Assembly (NCBI GenBank): GCA_030704615.1 | Contig: CM060732.1 | Location: 37,076,001-37,140,000 of the forward strand | Reading direction: 5' to 3' | Origin: Takakia lepidozioides | Taxonomy: Eukaryota; Plantae; Bryophyta | Length of the DNA stretch: 64,000 nt | Part shown: positions 1 through 12,200 of the stretch, piece by piece | Layout of the letters: the number at the start of each line of letters is the position of its first letter | How positions within the stretch are numbered: the first letter of the stretch is position 1 | Position numbers and translations under genes: made by a program | Notes under the pieces: generated by a model | The model's database searches: none | What the model saw: the letters and a program-made list of their open reading frames with translations, nothing else | Told to the model about the DNA's origin: nothing

Positions 1-671
1 CAGGGCGGCTGAATGAGGCAGAGGACTTCATTAACAAAATGCCAATCGAACCAGGTCCTTCGGTGTGGGGGGCCTTGCTTGGTGCCTGCAGAATTCACTG
101 CAATGTGAAGCTCGCAGAACGTGTCGCAAAATGCGTTCTCAAGTGTGATCCACAGGATGCCGCAACTTATGTGCTGCTATCAAACATCTATGCTGCAGCT
201 GGCAGGTGGGATGATACAGCAAAGGTTAGGAAAATGATGAAGGATAGAGGTGTGAAGAAGCAGGCAGGTCGTAGCTGCATTGAGGTTGACAACCATGTGA
301 ACACATTTGTTGTAGAAGACAAATTGCATCCGCAAATTGAGGAAATCCACGTGGAGCTGAAGAGATTGTCTGGGCTGATGAAGGAGGCTGGGTATGTGCC
401 TGACACACGCTTTGTATTGCATGACGTGGAGGATGAGGAAAAGGCATCTTCTCTTTGCTACCACAGTGAGAAGCTGGCCATTGCTTTTGGGCTAATCAGA
501 TCGCCCCCTGGGACACCTATCCACATCATCAAGAACCTCCGGATGTGTGGTGACTGTCACACTGCCACCAAATTCATCTCAAAGATTGTTGGGCGAGCAG
601 TTGTCGTACGAGATGCGAACCGTTTTCACCACTTCCAAGATGGGGTTTGTTCTTGTGGGGATTACTGGTGA
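1..671 (+). CDS. PLS-class pentatricopeptide repeat protein, C-terminal E/E+/DYW deaminase region (5' part outside the window); organellar C-to-U RNA editing factor
   Basis: Frame is open from the window start (GRLNEAEDFINKMP). It contains E-domain motifs VWGALLGACRIH and YVLLSNIYAAAGRW, zinc ligands HSEKLAIAFGL and CGDCH, and ends in CSCGDYW*. Confidence 0.97.
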   Translation, partial: GRLNEAEDFINKMPIEPGPSVWGALLGACRIHCNVKLAERVAKCVLKCDPQDAATYVLLSNIYAAAGRWDDTAKVRKMMKDRGVKKQAGRSCIEVDNHVNTFVVEDKLHPQIEEIHVELKRLSGLMKEAGYVPDTRFVLHDVEDEEKASSLCYHSEKLAIAFGLIRSPPGTPIHIIKNLRMCGDCHTATKFISKIVGRAVVVRDANRFHHFQDGVCSCGDYW

Positions 672-1499
672 AACAATCATAATGCATGAAAGAAAACTCA
701 TCAAATGTGAGGGTGGAAAGGTCATTATTTCTGTGAGCAGACTACCAATACTGAAACCAACAATGTCTCATTTATCACAAAAGTCAGTACACTTTCCATG
801 AGCTGCTCATGGTGATGATCTCTCTCTCAACCAGCAAAACCAAAGTATCTGAAATCTGAACCCAGTGACAGAAGAAAGCTTGACAAATACCTTTGAAGGC
901 TCGAAGCTGAAACATTTAATTATTCCCCATGTGCCTCAGGCCACAGATCTCTGAGACATCCCCAAGGCCTACACAATCCTTGATCCCACTGTTTTTTGTG
1001 TTTTGGGTTTTTTTTTCTTTTTTTCTTTTTTTTCTTTTCAAACAGTGGGTAGAGGCCCTGGACAAGTTTATTGAAAATAGGGGAAAACAGGAGAACGGAG
1101 GAAAAAATAACCTCCAGGGATGCCATAAAGGCGTATCACATGGGGAACAGCACTGATAGGGATGGGGGTGAACTGCAGGAACAAGCCGGATCGTGGTTAA
1201 ACTATGGTGCCTTAGTGATGATGATGAAAGAGCCCAAAGTCTTGAGATGAGCCAAAAGAAGAAGCTCCAGGATGATGAAGGAGCCCCAAGTCTTGAAAAG
1301 AACCAAAAGAAGGGGCAGAGAGCTGTAGTATGCTACCAATCCTAGGGGAAGGGTAACAGTATAACAAGTCCTGAAAACAAAGAGACTATCAACGACCGAA
1401 ATCTAGATGCACTTTAGATTTAGAACTGTGGGTCTTGTTGTGCTTCTAGTTGATGTCTGGTGCATCCGACTCAGCCGGTGACTTGCCAAGAGACGGGGA

Positions 1500-4400
1500 G
1501 GTGGTCGTGCCATGTAATTCGAGACTCATCGATTCTGGAGCAGAGGATGTCATCTTTGGCCCAAGTGGTGTCGAAATCCGCAAGCAGCTGCCGGCTCCTG
1601 CCTTCACTGCACCTGTTGATGGCTGTTTTGCAAGGACACCCAAGCCTTACGCCCCTCAGTCATTAGATCCGAATACAATTTGCAGAGTATCAGTCTGATG
1701 ATGCTGGGGCGTTTTCCCTCAAAGATCAAAACACATCTGGCCTTCCATATTGCCCATAGCATGTGTGCTCTAAGACAGGCCCAGATCGGGCATCCGTTCC
1801 AAGCAGCGCTTCTATGTAAATTAAGCAACATGAGAGGAGCTGATAGGGGTGGGAGGGCCTGCCAATGGGAATAGAAGCTTGCCACTATAGTCCAAATCCT
1901 AGCAGGAAGGTGGCAGGTGAGCAAAACATGCTCCAAGGTTTCATTGTAACCACAGTTGCATATCAGGCAGGCAGGGTTCTGGCCCTGGAGGTTGGCTGCC
2001 ACAGGGAGGATTAGGTTGGCTATCTTCCATAAGAAAGCACTGATTTTGGTAGAACGGTGCTTTGCCCAAATATCCTTCCAGATTTGCTTCCATCCCTTTT
2101 CTTGCAAGCTGAGGTTCCATTTTCCATTCCACTTAGCCGTGAAATTAGCTTTGCCCAGCAACAGTTTATAGCCAATCTTGACTTTGTACCCGAGGAGAGG
2201 TGTTTTTTTTTACATCCATCCAGGTCCATTCTCCCGGGTCAAGTTGAAGTCTGCTAAGGGGATAACGCAAGAACCATGTTAAGGGTGTCTTTTCGGCCCA
2301 GCAGAACTCTCCTCCAGGGGTGGCTTGGGATCTGGTATCCCAGTCAGAGCTTTGAAAACTCTAATTCTAAAGGCGGATTCCTGGCACATATGCCCTTGCC
2401 CGATATGCAGTAGGGTCCCTTCAAAGTCGGCTAGAAATCTTGGGCCTTCCCAGTGCAATGCAGAGCTGGAGATAGCTAGCAAGGCAAAGAATCTGTCGCC
2501 TTCATAGTTGTTGAACCAACAAGGGAGGCTGTTCTGCGAGTTGTCCCCCCCGGTCAGTAAAGGCTGAACGTATGACACTCCTTGCTTAATGTGCTCCCAT
2601 CCGTGTCTGATAGAACTCGCGGAAATGAGCGTGGACGGGATGTTGGGAAGCAGAAAGCCTCCATTTTCCCAGATATTGGCTATGTGTGAGAGTCTTTTGG
2701 ATTCCCAAGTAGCCCATTTTTTGTGAAGAGAGATTAGGGGGGCATAGTCCAGATTGTTGTTTCCGAACAATGGCTGGCGAATTGCCTCCTCAAAGCAAAG
2801 CGCCCTTCTTTGAAACAAGTGCGGTCTGATCGACAGCCAGGCAGCCCAGATAGACCTCCATGCGGCACTCCCTGTGCATCTAGATTTTGTTGAACCGTGG
2901 GTCAACCACCTCAGAGAAGGAGCCCAAAAGGGGGAGGTAAGAGGAGTAGAATCCACCAAGTGGGCTCTCACCAAGTTGCACCAGGAACTGTCGCCATGAA
3001 CAAGAGCTCTTGGTATCCATTTGACAAGGAGGGCTTTAATCTGTAGGGAGGGATCAATGATGCCTAACCCTCCTTCTTTTTTGGGCCTACATAGCTGCGC
3101 CCAGGAAACCCGAGCCCTCCTAGTTGGTGCTTGAGAGGAGGCACTCCAGAGAAAATTACGCATCAAAGTTTTGATATTACTAACCAGCTTACAGCCCGGG
3201 GACCAAACAGAGGTAGAGAACCAGATGGAAGCCAGCAAGATTTGATTGAGAACTAAAGCTCTGCCAGCTAGGGAGAGCATGGCTGAACTCCAAAAGGCCA
3301 ACTTTTTACGCAGCTTTTGCAGAATTGGCTCATACCTTTGATCCTCGGAGAGCCCGATTCCAACTTGGAAACCCAGGAGAGTATGCCCCATGCTTGGCTG
3401 GAGCCACTTGAGACCTAACTCTTGTCCCCAAGGCGCTCCATGGTGTCTTGTGGCACTTGGAGGAAGCTCCGTAAAGAGACCCACCGATTTATTCCAATTC
3501 ACCTTCAGTCCAGAAGTAGAGTAGAATACCTGGAGAGCCTCAACTGCTCTGATACTATTGGAGGCATCCCCGTTACTCAGCAAGAGGGTAGTGTCGTCTG
3601 CATACACAGACAGCTTCACAGGCGGGCCCTGCAGTAGATTCATGCGTACAATATCTTGCCTAGCAGTTAGGTAGTGCCCAAGAGCATCTGTTGCTATCAA
3701 AAAGAGGTATGGGGCCAATGGGCAACCCTGCCTGACGGATCTATGAAGAGGGAAGGATTTAGAAATGGTGCCATTAATCGTCACTTTGCTAGAGGCAGAT
3801 GTAAGGAGCAACTTCACCCATCTAGAAAAGGAGGCTGGCAAGCCCATCTTTTCCATGACTCTATGTAGGAAGGTCCAATCAATATTATCAAACGTTTTCT
3901 CAAAGTCCAGCATGAGGATAGCCAGGGGCTGCTCAGACCTCTTGGCTTCATGCATAACCTCGTTTATAAGAAGCAGGTTGTCAAGAATCATTCTACCTTT
4001 CAGAAAACCTGTCTGTTCCGGTCTGATGACCCGGGATAGGATAGGCTGAAGTCTCGATGCCAATGCTTTGGCAATAATTTTGTAGGTGGTATTAAGAAGC
4101 GTGATAGGGCGGTAATTGGATATCAGGCTCCTGTCTCCTTTCTTAAAGATCAGCGTAATGAGAACTTCAGAGACCTGAGAGGGCATGATGCCCTTGGAGA
4201 GGATGTCCTTAGTTAATGCCACGAAGTCATCCACTATCGCAGATCATAAGGCTTTGAATAGTTCTACTGGCATACCGTCCAATCCTGGCATTTTGTCTGC
4301 CTTGAGAGATTGCAGGGCCTTTGCTAATTCCGTGTCCTTGAGGGGGGCATCTAGGTCATCTTTTTCTTTTGCATAGAGGAGAGTCGGGACATGCATGAGA

Positions 4401-5752
4401 ATGATCTCAGAGGCTTGATCTGCCTCGGCAGAGGGGAGTCTCTTGGAGAAGAGAGCGGCGTAATGCTTTTCGGCAATGGTAGCCATTTCTTTTGGAGAAG
4501 AGCAAGAAATCCCTTCTGGATTTTTAAGAGTGGCAATTGCCAAGGCCATTCTTCTCTGCTTGGCCTTAGCGAAAAAATACTTAGACATCTTTTCCCCTTT
4601 AAGGGACCAGTTAATCCCCGCTTTGAGCTTCAAGGCCTTCTCTTTTTCCTGCCTAAAGCTCCAGAGGTTGGTCTTTGCTCTGTTGTAGTTCAACATTGTG
4701 CAAGGACCTTCATCATTGTGCTCCAAAAGTTGCTGGCAGAGGTGAAGGCATTTGAGCAGGGATTTTTTCTCTTTGGGTTCTAGCAAGGGCATAGGCCCGA
4801 GATAGCTCTTGAGACTTAGCCCGGACAGCTTCTAGCTTAGAAAGGAATCTAAGAGTTGGGGACTCATAATCATTACCAGAGGAAGACCACTCCTGCACTA
4901 GAGCATTAACCATAGCCTGCGATTTAAGGAGAGCAGGGTTTAGCTTAAAACACTTGCGCCCCTTAGACCTTGAGCCTGGGATGACAAAACATGATCTGAT
5001 CTCAGCATGGTCATAATCTGGCAGTACAGGGCCCAACGGCACAGTTGTGCCCACAAAATTATGCCACTGGTGCAGTAGATGCGGTCTAGCCTAGCCATGA
5101 CTAGATCTCGGGGGGGGGGGGGGGGGGTTCTGCAGTTAGACCAAGAGAAGCGCAGGTTCCTATCCTCAGGAATGGAGATATCAATGAAACCAACAGAAAG
5201 ACATAGAATTTCCCAAGCGTTAAGCTCATCCGGGGTGAGGGAGAAAGAGCCAGGATCTAGCCTATCCTGCGTTCTATCCGTCATATTGAAATCTCCTGCT
5301 AAAATCCATTGATCAACATCAGATCGCTGAAGAATCTTTGAATGTAAAAACTGCCAGAAGGAGATTCTTTCAGCAACAAAATTAGGAGCATAAACATTAA
5401 TAAAGCCAATTTTGCACCCCGGGGTAGGCAAAGAAAGGATGCCGAATTGTGCCCTGCCGACCATCCAAGTGCACATTTCCGAAACCTGACTGGCAAGGGT
5501 AGGAGAGACCAAAACTGTTGCGCCCCCTCTGGAATCCATTACAGTTCTGTTCCACCAAGCCACGTTAGCATGCCAGAGCAGTTGTCCAAGGGATGCAATT
5601 TTGGAGTCATTTAGTTTGTGCTCCTGTAAGAAGATGATAGAGTTATCCGATAACAAGGAGGCAGCCCATCTTTTAAGTCTAGATCTCTTAGGGGCAGTAG
5701 CATCTGATCCTATGCCCCTAATATTCCAAGACCTAATGTTAAAGGACATCAA
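1500..5752 (-). pseudogene. LINE copy 1 ORF2 (APE endonuclease, reverse transcriptase, zf-RVT), broken into at least 5 ORF pieces
   Basis: Endonuclease motifs SWNIRG, FLQEH, NVYAPN, AGDFN, RLDRIY (4940-5752). RT motifs NYRPITLLN, LDFEKTFD, VRQGCPLAP, YADD (2279-4234). zf-RVT motif CLICNCGYNETLEHVLLTC (1604-2161). Frameshifts near 5050, 4790 and 2200-2280; in-frame stop at 4244-4246. The 3' coordinate is approximate. Confidence 0.93.
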
Positions 5753-5993
5753 AGTGGGTGCAAGGGCCCGAGAGAACCTCTCGAAATGATGGCCCAGGAG
5801 AAGAGTGGAGAGTGATAAGTCCCTTATCTCTGGGAGAGGAGGAGAGGGTCCAACTTATTCCATTGGGGGGAGGAGCGGTAGAGAGGGTAGAAATCTGGGA
5901 GGGAGTTACGCTGGTCTGGTGGACTTTAGCGTTACGCAACCAAGCATGCAAGAGACACAATAATCTGCGACTACGCCTAAAAAATAGAGAGAT

Positions 5994-8145
5994 CTAAGAA
6001 GGATGTAGATTATCTTTCTGTAGGCAAGGAAGAAAACCACGTGGCATAGCCAGAGCAGGTTTAAAGGAGGGGGCTTGAGGGGGTTTGCCCAGAAGGATCC
6101 ACCAACTTGAAACATGCCACCTACAGGGTATGGGCAGGCAGAGGGATGGAGCGATGGGGAAGCTTGCAGAGTAAGCGAGGCTTACCAGAGAAGGCAAACC
6201 CGCGAAGGTTGTGGGCGAGGGAGCAGAGGGGGATCCGAGAGGAGCCTTCATTCCTGCACTAGTGTATGGCTGAAAGCCAACTTCCATAGACTTGCATGCA
6301 GCTGGTGATGGTGCAGGCGACGCCCCAGAACCGAAGATGGCGTTGACAAGGGTGAAGCCTGCTCGCAGGACCTTGACGCTTCCTCCTGCTGACGGGAAGA
6401 CCCCAGAGGGAGCATCCATGCTGTTGGAGCGGGATCCCGCGGGTCCCTCTTCTAAAGACTGAAGCGTAGCCCAAGAGTAGAGCTTGCACTTAGGTCTGTC
6501 AGCGACAATGTCCTCCCATCGGAAAGCTAGCATAGTGTGCACCGTGGAGGTAGAGTCGAACTCATCTGTGTTTTCCCAGAAGGCACCAAAGTGCACAGTA
6601 GTCTCGTTTGACAGATAGAATTGGAAAGGCTCCTCGGTGAAAATATTTCCCACCAATTTGAGAGAAAGCTCAACAGCCTTGTTGTCTTTGTAATAAGTGG
6701 TGTGGTGGGTGGTCACCCAAGATCCTACCAGTCCTTCAGAGCCATTGGTCAACATAATGGATGGGGGCTGATTGGGACCATCCAGAAGAGCGTAAATGAT
6801 AGGAGTGACCTTGATGACTGCAGAGTTCCTTCTTACTGCATTCTCGGGAGACCATTTGCAGAGCTTTAGATTATCAAAAGATCTGAGCTCTAGGCATCTT
6901 GTGGCTAAATTGATGTACGGGTCCTCAAGAGAGCAGGAGTAGGGACAAAAGTCAAAAGTTGCAGGGGGATGATGAGGGGGAGGGCTTCCCTGAGCCGGAG
7001 CCAGCAGAATGATGCGTGGACGAGGGGGTGGGGATGAGACCGAGGGCGAGCCCGTCCATTTTTGTTTTGCAAGGCGTCCTTCTGAGAGCATTGGGAGAGA
7101 TGCTGCAACTGCACTAGCATCTTGTGAGCGTGAGGGCGATGACACGGGTTCCGGTGCACTTTGCGTTTTGGCGTGAAGAAGCGGAGGTAGGCCGCTCACA
7201 GTCCTTTGGTCGGAGATTGCCTTGCGCGGGCAGTCTGCAACGACATGCCCTTCCCCATTACATCCGAAGCATGTGATGCTAGCTTCTCCTCTTTGATCTG
7301 CACTGAAATGAAGGAGCCGTCTAGATAGGAAGTTTGATTGCATTCCCAATTTTCTTACTTTCCGGCATCATTACCACAATCTTTGGGACCCCCGAATCTT
7401 TGCTGGAGTCGAATAGGGAGGGATCTTGATCAATGCTTAGCACTGCATCGTCAATGGGGTCGAATACATTCAAGCTGCCAATGTATGAACCAAAGTGAGC
7501 TCCGATCTCCGGTAGAGAAGCCAGGTAGTTATCCGGAAGAAACGGCAGGGCGATTATTCGGGGCTTGCATGTAGCTCCATCCTTGTGGCCCCATGCCGGC
7601 GACCAGTGGAACATGTTCACCTTGAATCTCGATTTGCGCGTGTTAAACGCAAGCACACGGTCTGCATCCTCCTTAGTGCCAAATTTGACAGAGTAAAAGT
7701 CCCTGCCCATTGGGTGACAGTAGTGGTGCGTCAGACCACCTTCGGACCCCAGATGCTCGACAATCCACTTACAAGCCGAATCCGTATCCTTGGGCCTACC
7801 TGGGAAATGCACCAAAAGTCCATGCTGCATCATCTTTGTGGAATGATCTCTCCGGCATTCAAGGTCCAGGGAGATAACTTCCTGTGAGTCGGAGTCTGGG
7901 ACAACTGATTCTACCCAAGGGGCTATCTCCTGATTGGGTGAAGGTCCAAGGGCATCAGGGCCTTTTCCTAGAATAGAAGGGGTCTGGGCAGAAGAAGATG
8001 ATCGAGGCATCCAAGAGCCTCTCCCACGGGAGCTCAAGCTGGAGCCTGACCTTTTCTTGCGGGGGGCACCTCTGGAAGACATGAGGAAATAGCAAAAAAA
8101 AGGCGTACAGAGAAAGCACTTCACTTGGGAAATTAAAACATACAA
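5994..8145 (-). pseudogene. LINE copy 1 ORF1 (RRM/DUF4283-like N-terminal region, CCHC zinc knuckle, long C-terminal extension); frameshift near 7340
   Basis: 7321-8145 has an ORF1-like RRM segment (MGRDFYSVKFGTKEDADRVL; WSP...LPFLP...EIGAHFG). 5994-7349 has the knuckle CFGCNGEGHVVADC. It lies directly upstream of ORF2 on the same strand. Confidence 0.8.
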
Positions 8146-8384
8146 GCAGCAGCAGCAGCAAGGACTACAGGGAGCGATGAAGGAGAAGAGAGAGGAGCGA
8201 AAAGTGATGGAGCGATGGCACCTTATAAGGAGCTAGAGGCAGCCCACAGCGGAGGCCAATCTCAAAATTGTCAGCGAAGCAAGGTCCCAAGTCGGCCAAA
8301 GGGGCTTGGAGCGACGATGCACCAAGAGGTCCATAATCAATGTGTAGTGAAGGGTATAGCGGTTTTTTGAGAGCCAAAAATGAG

Positions 8385-11300
8385 TTTTAATTTTTTTATT
8401 TTTTTATTTTTTTTGGCAACAACGGGAGTGATCCCTGTTTAACTTTATTATAAAATGAATTGTTTCGGCGAAAAAACCACCTTACAAGTTATTCCCAATT
8501 ATTCAGGGAGAAAAATTAAAACCCCTTTGTACGCCATGAGGCACACACACATATTCAGTGAATAAAGATCTTGACCCCTGAAAACAGGTTTTTTCCCCCT
8601 AAAGAGGGTTTGACCTCCAGTTCTTCCTGAACTATCTCATAAACCGAACTTGCAATGGACGTCTTTGTCTGGACCATGATCCAAGAAACAGGAGAGAGTT
8701 TGTGACGAGGTAATCAAGGCAGCTTAATGACCTCAAGGACTTGATTTTGTCTAAGTAGCCTACCCCTGAGTGTAGTCAAGACGTGAGGCTTTTGCGGAGC
8801 CCTTAAGATGTTTCCAATTAAGAGTTTCAAGATCTTGCTATTTCTAAGAGTTTCAAAGATAGGACAAGATAGCGTTGATGACTTTGTACTTGGGTCATAG
8901 TTGAGCAGCAGGTCAAGTGCTGAGAGCTGCCTGGGGTTCCAGTGGATGTAAAAGTTTTTCACCAAAGGCCAAACAACGGTTGGGGCATGACAATGAAGCA
9001 GACAATGTTCCAGACTTTCCATGATCCCAGTTGCGCAACAAGCACAGAGAAGGGTGTCGTGAAACTGCAACCATTCCCCCACTTTGAGGCATTTGTTGAC
9101 CACTTGCCAAAGAAACGCTGATACTTTTGCTGGTCTAGACTTACGCCAGACTGAGGCCCAGACTCCAATTTTCATCCCGGAAGTTATAGAGATCCCACTT
9201 AGCTTCCCATTTTGTTTTTAAGGGCTCGGCCTTGGACAAAGCTTTGTATCCCTTCTTTGTCGTGTATGAGAAGAAGGGTTCTGACTGCGCACCAAATTTC
9301 CAAGTCCATTCTGAAGGATCGAACTGTAGCTCTGCTAGCGGTCATCCCAGGATCCAGACAAACGCGTTGGCTTTCAACCAGGTAATGAAATCAATGAGCA
9401 TGTTGGGCTAGGGATCCATTTCTTTGGGAGTGGTAGACTGGCAACATACTCTAATTGGGGTTACTGGGGTGAGAGGGAGGAGCATTGGCTGTGTCGATTG
9501 CAGGTGCAATACCAATGTGGCTGTGTCTATGCTAAAAGGATATGCCACATGATTGTGCGCATTGGTCTCTTTGACAAACATGATTGATAATCCTGAGCCT
9601 ATGATAGTGAGGGCCCAGTAATGCTGATGAGTTTTGTGGCCCTCTTTGCAAGCACCCTAGCCACTGTTGGTCTATCATTTGAGTAAGCTCTGTATAAGAT
9701 TTGTTTGCTCTTGTTGTCCCTACTTTCAGCGCAACAATATTGACTGATGCCAGGCCTCTGTTTTGCCAGAGATGCCCTATCTGCGAAATCCCGAGGTTGT
9801 CCAAGATTGACCATCTACTGGAGTCATTTCGTTGTTCAGGGGTTGGACTATTCGTATTGAGGAAAAGGTATTGTCTGAGGGTTTCATAGTAGCTAGAGGG
9901 TTGGGCTTTTGTAAGAAAGGCCCTGAGTTTACCCCAAGCGTACCAAATGGCACTCCATAGAGGGGATTGAGGCTTTTTATGTTTGAAGCAATTGACAATC
10001 CAACGAAAGGAAGGGGACCATGATGCATTCTTTAGCGGGGAAGCTAGTAAAATGTTTTCAGCCACGAGGAACTTCCACCAGCCTCCCTCTGGACCCATGA
10101 AGCGCGGAATCCATTTACCCAAAACGGCTGTTACTTGGGTTTCTGGATCAAGCACCCCTAGCCCCCCCTGTTTTTTGGGAAGGCATATTTGGTTCCCGGG
10201 AACTTGGGGCCTTCTTTGATGCGATGACGATTCAGGCCCCCAGACATAGTTCCTGAGCAACTTCTTAATTTGTCCAATCTGTTGCTTGTTCGGCCTCCAT
10301 GAGCTTGCATAGAACCAAATTCCAGCCGAGAGGATTTGGTTAGCGGTGAGAGCTCTGCCTGTGACGGTAAGATGCTTTGACCCCCAGTGAGCCATCTTGT
10401 GTTTGAAAGTTGAGAGAATAGGCTCAAATCTCTGCTGGTCAATGAGATCTATGCCAAAAGTGTAGCCCAAAAGCTTTGTGGTCTGTCCTGGTTTCAGCCA
10501 TTTAAGCTCATGTTGGTGACCCCAGGTTGGATTGGCACCGAGGTCCGAGTTAGAGAGATCACCTATGAGCAAAGCGCAAGTTTTGCTCCAGTTGACTTTG
10601 AATCCAGAAGCGGAACAGAACATATGGTGTGTCTATGCAGCTCTATCCAGGTTGCGTGATTGGGCTTGAAGAATAAAAAATGTATCGTCAACAAACATTG
10701 AGTCAACCACCTGAGCTGGTAGTTGGTAATTATTGACTTTGAGCCCTGAGAGCTGAGCCTTATGTTGAAGGGCATATCCCAATGCATCCGCTACTATAAG
10801 AAAGAGAAACGGAGACAATGGACAGCCTTGTCGAACATATCTTTGTAGAGAGAAGGATTTAGATAGTGCCCCGTTTACCACCACTCTGCTGGTGGAAATA
10901 CATATTAGCAGAATCTTGACCCAACGGGAGAAAGACTGAGGGAATCCAATTTTGTCCATGGTTGCCAACAGAAAAAACCATTCTACCCTGTCAAAGGCCT
11001 TTCCATATCTAAGAGAAGAAGAGCTATTGCTTGGTTTGTTTTTTTGGCATAACCAGGGATTTCATGAGCCAGGAGCAAGTTGTCCATGATATAGCGGCCC
11101 TTAATGAATCCTGTTTGATTGGGTCTAATGAGTGTGGGTAGAAGGGGTTGAAGGCGAAGGGCTAAAGCCTTGGCTATGATTTTGTAGGCTACATTCAGCA
11201 AGGTGATGGGTCTATAATTGGAGAGGTTGGTTCTATCGCCCTTTTTGTACAACAAAGTTATAATTCCTTGAGACGTTGCAGCTGGCATCACCCGCTGGCT

Positions 11301-12200
11301 AAAGATAAAGTTAGCCATTTGAGTGAAGTCTGACGAGAGCTCTAGCCAGAGGGCTTTGTAAAATTCTACCGTCATTCCATTGATACTTGGGGCCTTTTTG
11401 TTCTTAAGCTTATGAAGAGCTTCTTCCAACTCCATGTCCGTGAATTCCCCCTCCAGATCTTCCGTAGAGGTAGGGTTCAGGATAGTGGGTGTGCTTTGCA
11501 AGCAAGCACTTTGCAAAGGGGTGGGATCGAGGCCTTGAAAGTCACGATGGTATAAAGCTTTAAAGTGGGTGGATGCTAGCAGAGCTAGATCCTTAGGGTT
11601 TGAGAACAAGATCCCTGATGTCTGGTCAGCCAGTTCTGTGATTTGTTGGGAATTAGCTTTCCTGAGCTTTGATTTCTCAAAAAAGTATTTTGTCATCTTT
11701 TCTCCCTTCGTCGACCAGTTCACTCCAGCCTGAAGCTTAAGCTTTTTATCCTGAAGGTTATGATGGATTTCGAGGTTTTTCCTTGCCTCCAAGTAGGTGA
11801 GGTACGTGTGCTCATCACACTGAGGGGATTCGAGCCTACGCTGGCAAACTTTTAAGCACTTCGTCAGGGCCTTGACTTTACGCTTCATGATTGCTGCCAA
11901 ACTTTGGCTCATTTTCTGGCTTTTGACATTGACTGATTTTACTTTGGCCATGAATCTATCTGTTGGGTTCTGATTGACTAAACCTGCTTGTTGCCAAGCG
12001 TGGATAAGTCCCAGCTTGAAGGGGGGCAATGTAAGGAGGATACTGTTGAGTTTGTACACCCCTCTACCAGGCCTACGCTATATATCTGGGATATTTATCT
12101 CCATTGCAATTGGTGCATGGTCGAATCCCACAGAACAGGGGACAATGGCCCTGGAATTTATTAATTGGATGGATGAAGGTACAAAGAAATGGAAAGCAAA
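8385..12200 (-). mobile_element. 5'-truncated L1-clade LINE (copy 2), degraded ORF2 from the endonuclease C-terminus to zf-RVT, with poly(A) tail
   Basis: T-rich tail at 8385-8414. zf-RVT CACCATGIMESLEHCLLHC (8714-9175). RT pieces: NYRPITLLN...GFIKGR (10983-12059) and VRQGCPLSP...FVDD (10633-10968). Endonuclease end FDHAPI near 12110-12130. Confidence 0.92.

Larger units (their letters stand above)
991..8380 (-). mobile_element. Near full-length L1-clade LINE (copy 1) with ORF1, ORF2, 3' UTR and poly(A) tail; disrupted by stops and frameshifts
   Basis: Poly(A)-like tail appears as a T-rich tract at 991-1038, with AATAAA on the minus strand (TTTATT 1067-1072). ORF2 pieces cover the APE endonuclease, RT and zf-RVT. 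ORF1 has a CCHC knuckle. No clear TSD found. Confidence 0.93.

Noticed and set aside
1-671. U-to-C (DYW:KP) editing factor
   Set aside because: It has HSE rather than HAE, a canonical DYW end and no KP signature.
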